Shown here piece after piece: positions 49,447-58,784 of a DNA stretch of 64,000 bases. The notes under the pieces are model-generated. The model had not been told where the DNA came from, made no database searches, and saw only the letters and a list, made by a program, of their open reading frames with translations. The position numbers were made by a program, and so were the translations under genes. Positions within the stretch are counted from its first letter, which is position 1. Each line of letters opens with the position of its first letter. This DNA comes from Candidatus Krumholzibacteriia bacterium (GTDB lineage: Bacteria > Krumholzibacteriota > Krumholzibacteriia > JAJRXK01). The stretch spans positions 64,147 through 128,146 of the forward strand of contig JAOZPE010000003.1 of the NCBI GenBank assembly GCA_029932915.1, given 5' to 3'.

Positions 49447-49561
49447 GCATGAGAGGATGCCACAGCCCTCCGGGAGGGAGCAACCGCTGGATCGGCGTCA
49501 AACTCCCCCGAATGGCCATTCCCCACTTGATCCAGCCCGGCGAGGATGCTCAGATGCTGCC

Positions 49562-50266
49562 ATGTTCTCGTTCCGGTCTTTTCCCCTGATGGCCGTGGCG
49601 GCGGTCCTGCTGGCCGGTGCCCATCTCGGCTCCGCCGATGCATCCGCCCATACCCTGGTCACCGACATGGTGACGGAGGACCGGCCGCCGCCGGCCCTGT
49701 GCTCGCCCGAGTTGAGCAGCCGCCTGGCCCAGCGATGCATGATCGTGCGCAGCTACGCCGAGGAAGTGCTCCGTTTCTGGTGGGTCCGCGATCTGGATTC
49801 GAGACCCGCACCACAGCGGGAGTCGCGCCTGGCCTATCCGGAGATCCATCCGGCCGCACTGCTGGGGGTGGTCGAGGTCATGACCACCTGGTTCGACTAT
49901 CTCGACCAGCCCATCGACCACGGGGTCTATACCCTGCGCTACCTGCCCGCCCCACCCGACCCGCTGCACCACAGTCTCCTGCGCTGGAGGGATACCCTCG
50001 TGCTGGTGCCGGTCCTGGACGACGAGATTCCCGGGCGGGCATGGGAGGCCCCGCGCCTGCAGGCCGCTGCGACCGACAGCAGTCGCAGCCGCCACCCCCG
50101 ATCGATGGCCATCTTCCCCACCCCCATGCGTCAGGGCCCCCGCCGTCAGGATCCTCCCCGGCTGGTGGCCAACGAGTTCGATCAGGTGATGCTGGCCTTC
50201 TGGCTGGAGACGATCCCCATGAGCGTGGTGGTCTCCGGGTCGGCCCTGCCCTCCACGCACGAGTGA
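49562..50266 (+). CDS. Secreted hypothetical protein
   Basis: Start reassigned to MFSFRSFPLMAVAAVLLAGAHLGSADASA at 49562; about 235 aa; no recognised domain. Confidence 0.5.
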   Translation: MFSFRSFPLMAVAAVLLAGAHLGSADASAHTLVTDMVTEDRPPPALCSPELSSRLAQRCMIVRSYAEEVLRFWWVRDLDSRPAPQRESRLAYPEIHPAALLGVVEVMTTWFDYLDQPIDHGVYTLRYLPAPPDPLHHSLLRWRDTLVLVPVLDDEIPGRAWEAPRLQAAATDSSRSRHPRSMAIFPTPMRQGPRRQDPPRLVANEFDQVMLAFWLETIPMSVVVSGSALPSTHE

Positions 50267-50628
50267 GGAAGGCGCCGGATCGGTCGGGAAGGCACGGGAA
50301 ACGCCCTCTTGTGGTCCATGAGTGGACCACCATTCCGCATCGGGGGACCCGGATGGGCCGGGCCGGGCATGGACAGCGCCCCGTCCTGCCGGTATGAAGA
50401 AAGGCGCCCCCCGGAGAATCCAGTATCCTGGATTCCGTCCGGAGAGCGCCGACACGACTCAGCATCACCGCCGTTGGTGCGAGGCAACGTGGCTCCCAAA
50501 CCGTGCCTCACCGGCGGTTCGCCAGCTGGCGTGCAGGACGATTCTGCTGCGTTCCCTCGCCCGCCGGCGAGGAAAAGAACGGGCAAGTGCTGGCAAATCG
50601 ACAGGATTCCCCGGCCCAGGAGAATCTC

Positions 50629-51756
50629 GTGTGTGGTCTCTTCGCTCTTCTACTGGGAATCACGGTGTTTCCGCCATCGGAGGCGGCGAAGCCCCTCCTT
50701 CTGGAGCTTCCACCACCCACCGGGGCCGAGCGCCCTCTCCTCGGTGAGATCGTCTACGACGACGGGGGATCGCACGTCCTCGACCAGGCGGTCGACGAGG
50801 TGGTGTGGGTGGATGAGTCAACCACGCTGACCCTCATCGACGGAGCCGAGCTCTCCCCGTCGATCAACGCCACCGCCCTGCAGGGCCGGGGTGGGGCGAC
50901 CTTGATCCTCCAGGGCGGATGGATCGAGGGCACCGGCGGCCCGATGGCTGCCGGTGGGGTCTTCACCGAATCGTGCCAACTGGAGATCTCCGGGACGGTC
51001 CAGATCCGGGCGCCCTACTGCGAGGTGAACGCAGGCTCCAGCGCCCTGTACTTCCTCGCCGGGGCATCGGGCCGTTCCTGCCGCATCGACGGCGGTACCA
51101 TCGTCGGGGGCGGCACTCCCCGGGACGGCAGCGTGGGGGCCTACGTGCGGGGCGACCTGCAGATGAGCGGAGGCCACATCGAGGGCGGTGCGGCCGCCTC
51201 CGGGATCGGAGGCTTCGCTCTGGAGTGCATCGGCGGCACCGTGGACATCTCCGGCGGCTCGGTCCAGGGAGGTGAAGGCATCCGCAGGGGTGGCGACGCC
51301 CTCTGGATCGCCCAGGCCACCGCGACGATCACCGGTGGCTCGTTCACCGGTGGGGCCTGCACGGCGGGAGCCTCCGGTGGCCACGCGCTTCTCGCCGACG
51401 AGGACACCGGGATCGAGATCCTCGGCGGTACCTTCACCGGCGGCGCCTCGACGGGAGTGCCGGTCAGCGTCCTTGCGATCTCCAATGCCCACCTGACGAT
51501 CCACGGGGGAAGCTGGGAAGGCGCGTTCATGTTGACCTCCCGTTCACTGACGACGGTCATGGGCTATCACCTGCAATTGGACGAGTCCACCGCCTTGGAT
51601 GGAGAAAAGAGGCTGACGGGGACACTCAGCGATGGAACCCCCATCGACGTGCAGGTGGTCCTGTCCGACCAGGCCCGGCTCCAACTCGTCCTGCTCGTGG
51701 AGAGCGAGGAGATGTCCGTGGGCAGGTGGAAGGGCGGGTATGTCCCGGCTCCCTAG
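50629..51756 (+). CDS. Secreted glycine-rich repeat protein (predicted right-handed beta-helix)
   Basis: GTG start at 50629 with RBS caggag 6 nt upstream. Signal-like VCGLFALLLGITVFPPSEAA. At least six ~20-aa repeats of form I-x-GG-x-hydrophobic-x-GG (IDGGTIVGGG, MSGGHIEGGA, ISGGSVQGGE, ITGGSFTGGA, ILGGTFTGGA, IHGGSWEGA). Confidence 0.55.
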   Translation: MCGLFALLLGITVFPPSEAAKPLLLELPPPTGAERPLLGEIVYDDGGSHVLDQAVDEVVWVDESTTLTLIDGAELSPSINATALQGRGGATLILQGGWIEGTGGPMAAGGVFTESCQLEISGTVQIRAPYCEVNAGSSALYFLAGASGRSCRIDGGTIVGGGTPRDGSVGAYVRGDLQMSGGHIEGGAAASGIGGFALECIGGTVDISGGSVQGGEGIRRGGDALWIAQATATITGGSFTGGACTAGASGGHALLADEDTGIEILGGTFTGGASTGVPVSVLAISNAHLTIHGGSWEGAFMLTSRSLTTVMGYHLQLDESTALDGEKRLTGTLSDGTPIDVQVVLSDQARLQLVLLVESEEMSVGRWKGGYVPAP

Positions 51757-51887
51757 CTCCCCCGGGCCGGAGCTGCCACGGCGCCCTTCACGAGTGGATC
51801 CCCCCTCCAAGGTCCCTTGCGACTGGACCCGCTCTTCACCTCGGGTTAGTTTTCCACTTGCCGTCGAACCCCATGCTGGAGGGACCC

Positions 51888-53471
51888 ATGTCACCCAACG
51901 ATATCCTCCCCGGCGGAGGATTCCGCACCGCTCTCGCGTGGCTCCTGGTCCTGGTCATCGCCGCGGCGGTCGTCGACATGGCCTTCCTCCACTGGAGCCA
52001 CGAATACACCCCGGCGACGGACTCCCGTTCGACCGGGCTTCCTTCCCCGTCCGACGCAGCTGCCTCCGCGCGGCAGGTCCTGCTCACCCAGATCTCCGAC
52101 ATGGACTGGATCCTCGAGACGATGACCGTCGACGGGAACCCCATCCCACTCGCCGAGGGTGTGACCACGACCCTGCGTTTCGACGAGAACGGCCACGTGG
52201 CGGGCCACGCCGGCTGCAACCGCTACTTCAGCGAGACCTTCATCGACCCCGACGCCCATCGCATCCGCTTCGGGCCGATCGGATCGACCCGCCGCAGTTG
52301 CCCGCCCCCTCACGAGCAGCAGGAGCGGAACTTCCTGACCGCCCTGGAACAGGTCGATCGCTTCGAACTGGTCAAACACTCCCTGACCCTCATGAACGCA
52401 TCGGGAACGACCTCCCTCAGCTTCCAGCTCGACATCCCCGAGACCCTCCACATCAGTCCCCATGCAGCTTCGTCGGGGAAGGCGGCCCGCGCCCGGCTCA
52501 TCTATCGCGGAACGTTCGAACGAGATGGCGATCATCTCGTCTTCACCGCCTGTGGGATGTCCACCGCCGTCGACGTCGAAGACCGCCGTGGCTTCATCCT
52601 TCCTCTGCTGGAGAGCCTGCCGGGCGCACCCGGACGCGGTCTGTACACCGAGTTCCACGGGACACTGAGGATCGAACCGTCCCCGACTCCACCCCACGGT
52701 GGGACTTCGCCAAAGCCCCATTCCCCGTCGCAAACGGCCCCGAGCTTGAAACTCTACGTCAACGATCTCCTCTTCGTGGGCACCGAGGGCGGCTCCTGCG
52801 CATCTCCACCACCGGTCTGCACTCTCCTGGCCGGCGGGAACGAACCGTCCTGGCAATTGCTCATCGAGAGCAGCCGATCGGTGTTCTCCCGCCCCGGCCG
52901 GCGATGGGAACTCGTGGGAGGAATGAGTCCGGACGATGCCTTCTTCTCCACCCGCTCGGGCACGACGCGCCTCGAGTTGAACGAATCCACAGGAGAGTTC
53001 TCCCTGTCGGTGCAGATCGAACGCAAACCGTGCCGGGATACGATGGCGGACAACTGGTCGGCCTACACGGTCCACCTCGCCGATGGCGAGAACGGCTTCG
53101 ACGGCTGCGCACGGCCCGGGCGTTTCCTCCCCTCCGCCGCGGGTCTCTACCGTTACGCGCTGACCGAGGGCAGCCGATCCGCTCCGCAGATCGAACTGCT
53201 GCTGGCGGACAACGGGCGGGCCCGACTTCGTCAGCTCCACCCGAGCGAGACATCCGCGACCGTCACGGAAGGACTGTGGCAGAGCACGCAGCCCGGTGGG
53301 GTCGAGCTGTTCCTTCTCCGGCGCAATGGCAAGCCCGCGTTGGAGCACCTCGTCTTCGCCGAAGAGGGCACAGAGCTGCGCATCCTTCACTACGACCGGG
53401 AGATCTGGGAAGGCGGCCGCTTCCTGCGCATCGGCGAAGTCGAGGGGATCGACGCCGGATCGCGGCGGTGA
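51888..53471 (+). CDS. Membrane-anchored multi-domain META (HslJ/DUF306-like) protein
   Basis: Start MSPNDILPGGGFRTALAWLLVLVIAAAVV (TM anchor) at 51888, or MLEGP at 51873. META hallmarks GHAGCNRYFSETF and FDGCARPGRF in two separate domains, plus an NlpE-N-like segment (LIYRGTFERDGDHLVFTACG). The antisense 499-aa ORF is rejected. Confidence 0.65.
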   Translation: MSPNDILPGGGFRTALAWLLVLVIAAAVVDMAFLHWSHEYTPATDSRSTGLPSPSDAAASARQVLLTQISDMDWILETMTVDGNPIPLAEGVTTTLRFDENGHVAGHAGCNRYFSETFIDPDAHRIRFGPIGSTRRSCPPPHEQQERNFLTALEQVDRFELVKHSLTLMNASGTTSLSFQLDIPETLHISPHAASSGKAARARLIYRGTFERDGDHLVFTACGMSTAVDVEDRRGFILPLLESLPGAPGRGLYTEFHGTLRIEPSPTPPHGGTSPKPHSPSQTAPSLKLYVNDLLFVGTEGGSCASPPPVCTLLAGGNEPSWQLLIESSRSVFSRPGRRWELVGGMSPDDAFFSTRSGTTRLELNESTGEFSLSVQIERKPCRDTMADNWSAYTVHLADGENGFDGCARPGRFLPSAAGLYRYALTEGSRSAPQIELLLADNGRARLRQLHPSETSATVTEGLWQSTQPGGVELFLLRRNGKPALEHLVFAEEGTELRILHYDREIWEGGRFLRIGEVEGIDAGSRR

Positions 53472-54896
53472 TCAACAGTCGGGTGAGGCGCTGGCCATCG
53501 ATTCCCCGTTCATCAGTTCCGCCAGACTTCGGTCGCGGACCCGCGCCTGCAACTCGTTGTAGAGTTCATTCACCACCACCCATGCCTCATGCGAGCCGGC
53601 GGCTCCGCGCAGAGGCATCAGCTTCTCCCCGGCCGACAATACATCCGCCGCGCTGATCTCATCGGCCGGACGCGCCAGGGCATAACCCATCCGCCTCCCC
53701 TCGTGCACCTCGTGCACGAGGTTCGCGCGCTGCAGGACCTTCACCAGACGCATGACCGCCGAAGGGGGCAGACGCAACGATTGCGTCAAGACGGCGACGG
53801 TCGCGAGCTTGCCTTCGCGGAAACACTCCGCGATCCGGGTGGCCAGGGGCAGGACCAGGGTCCGGTCGATGACGATCAGGTCGCCCTCGTAGAAACGGCG
53901 CCACTCGAAGCGGCCTTCCCGCATCGCCTGCAACGCATACGCCAATTCGAGGCCGAAGAGCACGACGATCCATGTGATCCACAGCCACAACAGGAAGAGC
54001 GGGAGAAGACCCAGGGCCCCATACAGGGTGGAGATGGCGGCACGCTTCACGTACAGCGCGAAGCCCTGTGCGCCGACCCACCACAGGACGGCTGCCACCG
54101 CCGCGCCGATGGCCACCGGCCGCGCCCGCACCTCGGTGTTGGGCAGGAACTTGTAGACGAAGGCCAGCACCATCCATACCGAGAGCACCGGGGTGATCAC
54201 CGCGAGAACGGAGAGAATGGTGGAACCGAAACTCAGCGCCCCGATGTGCTGGAGGATCTTGCTCTGTGTGACCTGCCCGATGAACAACACCAATGGACCC
54301 AGGGTGATGACCGTATAGTACATGGGAAGGCGCAGATAGGGTGGTCGACCGGGTCCGGCCTTGTAGATGTGATTGAAGGAGCTCTCCACCGTCGACAGCA
54401 ACCCGGTGGCCGCCCATACGAAGATGAGGATCCCCACCAACCCCACACCGCGGAAATCGACCGTCTCCAGATGGGTCAGCAACCTCTCCACCTGGATGGC
54501 CAGGGTCTTGCGCACGGCCTCGAAGTTCTCCGAGCGCCGCAGACTCTCTCCCTGGAGGTTCCGGTGAGGCGAGGGAATACCGTGGATGATCTCCTCCTGT
54601 TGGAGGGGTTGCAGCATCCAGTTCACGATTCCCTCGCGGTATTCGGCCATGTCCTCCGGACCGACGAAGGCGTGCATCACCACCAAACTCAGCACCAGGG
54701 TCGGCATGAGGGAGAAGATGGTGTGGTAGGTCAGGGCCGCCGCCATCGTGGAGGCGCGGTCTCGCCTCAATTCCGAAGCGCAGTGTCGGGACAGATCGAA
54801 CCACCAACGGAGAGTCCGCTCACGACCCCGCAGATCCTGTTCGGGTTTGCGCATCCACCGCCGCACACTGGCGATCGTTCGCTTGACCTTCCACAT
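53472..54896 (-). CDS. YihY/BrkB-family inner-membrane protein with C-terminal cytoplasmic extension
   Basis: Start reassigned to MWKVKRTIASVRRW at 54896. YihY core (ALTYHTIFSLMPTLVL..., six TM) plus ~150-aa C-terminal soluble domain. Confidence 0.75.
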   Translation of the reverse strand: MWKVKRTIASVRRWMRKPEQDLRGRERTLRWWFDLSRHCASELRRDRASTMAAALTYHTIFSLMPTLVLSLVVMHAFVGPEDMAEYREGIVNWMLQPLQQEEIIHGIPSPHRNLQGESLRRSENFEAVRKTLAIQVERLLTHLETVDFRGVGLVGILIFVWAATGLLSTVESSFNHIYKAGPGRPPYLRLPMYYTVITLGPLVLFIGQVTQSKILQHIGALSFGSTILSVLAVITPVLSVWMVLAFVYKFLPNTEVRARPVAIGAAVAAVLWWVGAQGFALYVKRAAISTLYGALGLLPLFLLWLWITWIVVLFGLELAYALQAMREGRFEWRRFYEGDLIVIDRTLVLPLATRIAECFREGKLATVAVLTQSLRLPPSAVMRLVKVLQRANLVHEVHEGRRMGYALARPADEISAADVLSAGEKLMPLRGAAGSHEAWVVVNELYNELQARVRDRSLAELMNGESMASASPDC

Positions 54897-55082
54897 GGCC
54901 TCTCCACCATTCGGATTTCCGATCGGGCCCGAGACTAGACCACCCCCGCTCAAAGGCCAAGGATTGAGTGCAAGACCCCTCTTTCCGGTGGCGGAGAAGC
55001 CCTTGTCTCCTCATAGTGTGAGGGAGTCCCTTCCCCGATTCACTCGACTCGGTTTGGATCCCCATGGTAGAGGAGCATCCCG

Positions 55083-55523
55083 ATGAAATCTCCCGTGTTC
55101 ATTCTCTTCGCCGTCCTGTTCGCGTTCTCCGCCTGTTCCGGCGGCGCTTCGTCCGACCAGAACAGCCAGAGTGCAGAGAGCGCGGTCCACGACACTTCGG
55201 CCGAGCAGGGAAACAGCACAGCCAAGTCTGCCATCGATGAGGCCAAGGCCGCCGTCGCCCGGACTGAACAGGCCCAGTTGCCCGAGGGAGGAGAGATCAC
55301 GATCACTGGTATCCTCGGTTGCGGCCACTGCACCTATCACGTGACCGATACCTGCAAGGCGGCCGTCCGGACGGCCGACGGCTCGGTGTTCATCCTGGAC
55401 GTGGCCCAGGATTCTCCCTGGTTCCAGAATCGCTACAGCGGCGCCCGGCTCGAGATCACCGGCAAGGTCCACCACGACGGCAAGCTGGTCGTCCTGCAGA
55501 GTACCAGCATCACCGAGCTGTAG
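55083..55523 (+). CDS. Hypothetical lipoprotein with CGHC motif
   Basis: 146 aa; lipobox FAFSACSGG; Q/S/A-rich linker; C-terminal domain with ITGILGCGHCTYHVTDTCK (CxxC plus a third Cys and His). Confidence 0.55.
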   Translation: MKSPVFILFAVLFAFSACSGGASSDQNSQSAESAVHDTSAEQGNSTAKSAIDEAKAAVARTEQAQLPEGGEITITGILGCGHCTYHVTDTCKAAVRTADGSVFILDVAQDSPWFQNRYSGARLEITGKVHHDGKLVVLQSTSITEL

Positions 55524-55549
55524 GATCCGGGAAGGGCCGAGCTCTCCGC

Positions 55550-56572
55550 ATGCCTACGTACGCGGCCATCGACATCGGGACCAATTCCATGAAACTGCTC
55601 GTGGGCTCCATCGAGCCTGCGGCGTCGGAAGGTTCCGGGTACACCATCACGACGATGGCGGAAGAACTGGTGGTCACCCGTCTCGGTGAGGGTCTGGCCG
55701 CGACGGGCCGGCTCTCACCGGAGGCGATCGACCGCAACGTCAGTCAACTCGCCGCCATGGCGGAGAAGGCGCGGGCGATGGGTGCGGCCGCCATCGCGGT
55801 CGTCGGTACGATGGCCTTGCGGGAGGCGGCCAACGCCGACACCTTCTTGCGGTTGGCCCGCAGCCGTTGCCAGCTCGAAGTGGAGATCATCAGCGGCGAG
55901 GAAGAAGGACGTCTGGCCTTCCTGGGCGCCCTATCCGGCCTCCATGCCACTGCGGACACCGTCTTCTGCGTCTTCGACACCGGCGGAGGCAGCACTGAAT
56001 TCATGCTCGGCGAAGCCGGCCGGCTCCGCGAGCACTTCAGCATCACTCTGGGCGTGCGCGAGATGACCGAACGATACCTGCACCACGACCCTCCTCTGCC
56101 GGAGGAGATCCGCGCGCTGCAGGGTGCCATCGTGAAGAGGTTGGCCGACGCCGGGGATCGGATCGCCGTGTGCCACGAGGGGTCCGCGGCCGGACCGGAC
56201 GCCTCCACGGACCGAAACGGCGCCAGCTCCTCCGCCGGCGGATTCCGTCTGGTGGGCATGGGAGGAACCGTCACCACCCTGGCGGCGGTTCGAAGGGGCA
56301 TGAAGCACTACGACCCCCGTGTCATCGCCGGCACGATCCTCGACCGCCGGGAGATCCACCGCCAGATGCAGCTCTACTCGAGCCTGCCGCTCTCCCGCCG
56401 CAAGGAGATCGACGGATTGGAGCCGGACCGCGCTGATGTTATGCTCGCCGGAGCAGCCATCGTGGCGGCGGTCATCGACCGCCTTGGATGTGACGAGCTC
56501 GAGGTCAACGACCGTGGATTGCGCCACGGCCTGTTCCTCGATCGATTCGCCCCAGGGTCCGGGCGCCCATGA
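55550..56572 (+). CDS. ppx: Ppx/GppA-family phosphatase (exopolyphosphatase / pppGpp phosphohydrolase)
   Basis: Start reassigned to MPTYAAIDIGTNSMKLLVG at 55550. ASKHA-fold motifs (DTGGGSTEF, LVGMGGTVTTLA); about 340 aa. Confidence 0.8.
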   Translation: MPTYAAIDIGTNSMKLLVGSIEPAASEGSGYTITTMAEELVVTRLGEGLAATGRLSPEAIDRNVSQLAAMAEKARAMGAAAIAVVGTMALREAANADTFLRLARSRCQLEVEIISGEEEGRLAFLGALSGLHATADTVFCVFDTGGGSTEFMLGEAGRLREHFSITLGVREMTERYLHHDPPLPEEIRALQGAIVKRLADAGDRIAVCHEGSAAGPDASTDRNGASSSAGGFRLVGMGGTVTTLAAVRRGMKHYDPRVIAGTILDRREIHRQMQLYSSLPLSRRKEIDGLEPDRADVMLAGAAIVAAVIDRLGCDELEVNDRGLRHGLFLDRFAPGSGRP

Positions 56573-56608
56573 CGCTCTCGACCCTCCTATTCGTTCAGGG
56601 GGATCCCC

Positions 56609-57253
56609 ATGGAAATCCTGTTTCGGCGCACGCGTGAACTCGAGAGGCAGATCGACGAGTATCTCGATCTGGTCGTACAGGGCAGCCTCGTCTATCGCTC
56701 GGCCATCGAACACTATCTGCAGAAACGAACCGATGACTTCAGCGAGCGCCTGGCCGAACTCGAATCGATCGAGAGCAAGGCGGACGAGCTGCGAAGGGAG
56801 ATCGAGACCCGCTTGTACATGGAGACCCTCTTGCCCGAATCACGGGGCGACGTCCTTGGCCTCCTGGAGAGCATCGACCGCGTACTCAACCGCTGCGAAG
56901 AGAGCCTGCAGGACTTCTCAGTGGAACATCCCGAGTTCATGGCCGAATTGATCGAGGACTTCCATGAACTCGTCGTGGAGACCATCAGCTGCGTCGATCA
57001 CATGGTGATGGCCGCCCGCTCGTACTTCCGGGATCCCAAGGCGGTCCGCGACCACATCGCGCACGCCCGCTATCACGAACACGAGAGCGACAAGATCGGC
57101 GAGCGCATCCGGAGAATGGTCTTCGCTTCGAAGATGGAACTCGCGGCGAAACTCCATCACCGTGACTTCGCCATGCGCATCGACCATATCGCCGACGCAG
57201 CCGAGGATGTCTGCGACCGCATCGCCATCGCCAACATCAAACGCTCCTTGTAA
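56609..57253 (+). CDS. DUF47-family protein (PhoU-like, PiT-associated phosphate-transport regulator-related)
   Basis: 214 aa; helical repeat protein with DUF47/TIGR00153 pattern (MEILFRRTRELERQIDEYLD...); immediately upstream of a PiT transporter gene, the canonical pairing. Confidence 0.75.
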   Translation: MEILFRRTRELERQIDEYLDLVVQGSLVYRSAIEHYLQKRTDDFSERLAELESIESKADELRREIETRLYMETLLPESRGDVLGLLESIDRVLNRCEESLQDFSVEHPEFMAELIEDFHELVVETISCVDHMVMAARSYFRDPKAVRDHIAHARYHEHESDKIGERIRRMVFASKMELAAKLHHRDFAMRIDHIADAAEDVCDRIAIANIKRSL

Positions 57254-57271
57254 TCCAGGATCGGTCTCACC

Positions 57272-58783
57272 TTGCTGTGGTTGTATCTGCTGAGCGGTCT
57301 CTTCCTCGGGTGGTCATTGGGTGCCAATGATGCGGCCAATGTGTTCGGCACCGCCGTGGGAACCCGCATGGTCCGTTTCCGCACCGCCGCATTGGTCGCG
57401 AGTATCTTCGTGCTCCTCGGAGCGGTGATCGGCGGCGCGGGAACCACGCATACCCTGGGCAAACTGGGCGCGGTGAACGCGCTCGCCGGATCGTTCACCG
57501 TGGCTCTGTCGGCCGCGATCACCGTGACCTGGATGACCCGGCTCAGCCTGCCCGTCTCCACTTCCCAGGCGATCGTCGGCGCCATCATCGGCTGGAACCT
57601 CTTCACCGGAACCCCCACCGATTTCACCTCACTGGCGGCGATCGTCGGCACCTGGGTGATCTGTCCGGTCCTGGCCGGCTTCTTCGCCATCGTGCTCTTC
57701 CTGGCGGCACGCATGTGGGTCGCCAGCACGCACACCCACCTGCTGATGATCGACGTGCGCACGCGGATCGGTCTGATCATCGCCGGCGCGCTCGGCTCAT
57801 GGGCCCTGGGCGCCAACAACATCGCCAACGTCATGGGGGTCTTCGTCCCCGCGTTCTCGGTGAGGAAGGCGACCCTGCTCCCCGGTCTGCATCTGGACAC
57901 CGCACAGCAGTTGTTCATGCTGGGCGCCTTGGCCATCGGGGTGGGCATCTTCACCTATTCGCGCCGCACCATGCAGACCCTCGGACGCAACATCTTCAAA
58001 CTGACTCCGCTCGCCGCCCTGATCGTCGTCCTTTCGGAGACCCTCGTCCTCTTCCTCTTCGCATCGGAGGGGCTGGAACACTGGCTGGCCCTCCATGGCC
58101 TGCCCACCCTCCCCCTGGTCCCGATCTCCTCCTCCCAGGCTGCGGTCGGTGCTGTCCTGGGCATCGGGATCGCGAAGGGTGCCCGAGGCGTCAATCTGAA
58201 GGTGCTTCGGGGAATTGCGGTCGGCTGGTTGACCACGCCCCTGGTCGCCGCGGTCGTCTGCTACGTGTCCCTCTTCTTCGTCCAGAACGTCTTCGAACAG
58301 CAGGTCGCCCACCCCGAACGTTTCGAGGTCTCCCCCGCGGTCATCGAACACCTGAGGGAAGAGGGGGTCGACCCCATGAACCTCCCGGCTCTGATGGGCA
58401 AGGAGTTCGACAGCGTCCGCGACTTCAGGGCCGCGATCTTCAGCCACCAGGGACTGCGAGCCGAGGGCAGCATGCACAAGATCTTCGCCGCAGCGAGGAT
58501 CCATCCGACCCGGGTCGATTCGACCCTGGCCCGTGCCACCCTTCCCGGCGAGGGCTACACCCCAGCCGAACTGCAGGCCGTCCTCTCCCTTCACGGCCGG
58601 CTCTTCCTCCACGATTGGCAGATGGACGAGGCCCTGGCCGCGGCCTCGCCCGCTTGGCGGCCCCGGACCGGCCGCGGAGCGGAAGTGCTGAACAAGAGTC
58701 TGCGGCGGAAGGCGGCGCGGCTGCATCATCTCTTCGAGCTGCGGGAGAAGATCGAACCGGCCTTCCAGAGGAGAGATCCCTGA
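57272..58783 (+). CDS. pit: Inorganic phosphate transporter, PiT (PHO4) family, with a ~170-aa C-terminal soluble extension
   Basis: Duplicated PHO4 signature GANDAANVFGTAVGT and GANNIANVMGVFVP; multiple TM helices; C-terminal extension from about residue 335. Confidence 0.8.
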   Translation: MLWLYLLSGLFLGWSLGANDAANVFGTAVGTRMVRFRTAALVASIFVLLGAVIGGAGTTHTLGKLGAVNALAGSFTVALSAAITVTWMTRLSLPVSTSQAIVGAIIGWNLFTGTPTDFTSLAAIVGTWVICPVLAGFFAIVLFLAARMWVASTHTHLLMIDVRTRIGLIIAGALGSWALGANNIANVMGVFVPAFSVRKATLLPGLHLDTAQQLFMLGALAIGVGIFTYSRRTMQTLGRNIFKLTPLAALIVVLSETLVLFLFASEGLEHWLALHGLPTLPLVPISSSQAAVGAVLGIGIAKGARGVNLKVLRGIAVGWLTTPLVAAVVCYVSLFFVQNVFEQQVAHPERFEVSPAVIEHLREEGVDPMNLPALMGKEFDSVRDFRAAIFSHQGLRAEGSMHKIFAAARIHPTRVDSTLARATLPGEGYTPAELQAVLSLHGRLFLHDWQMDEALAAASPAWRPRTGRGAEVLNKSLRRKAARLHHLFELREKIEPAFQRRDP

Positions 58784-58784
58784 T

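Noticed and set aside
51891-53390. 499-aa minus-strand ORF
   Set aside because: Antisense to the META-domain gene, whose product contains two canonical GCN/FDGC META motifs and a TM anchor.
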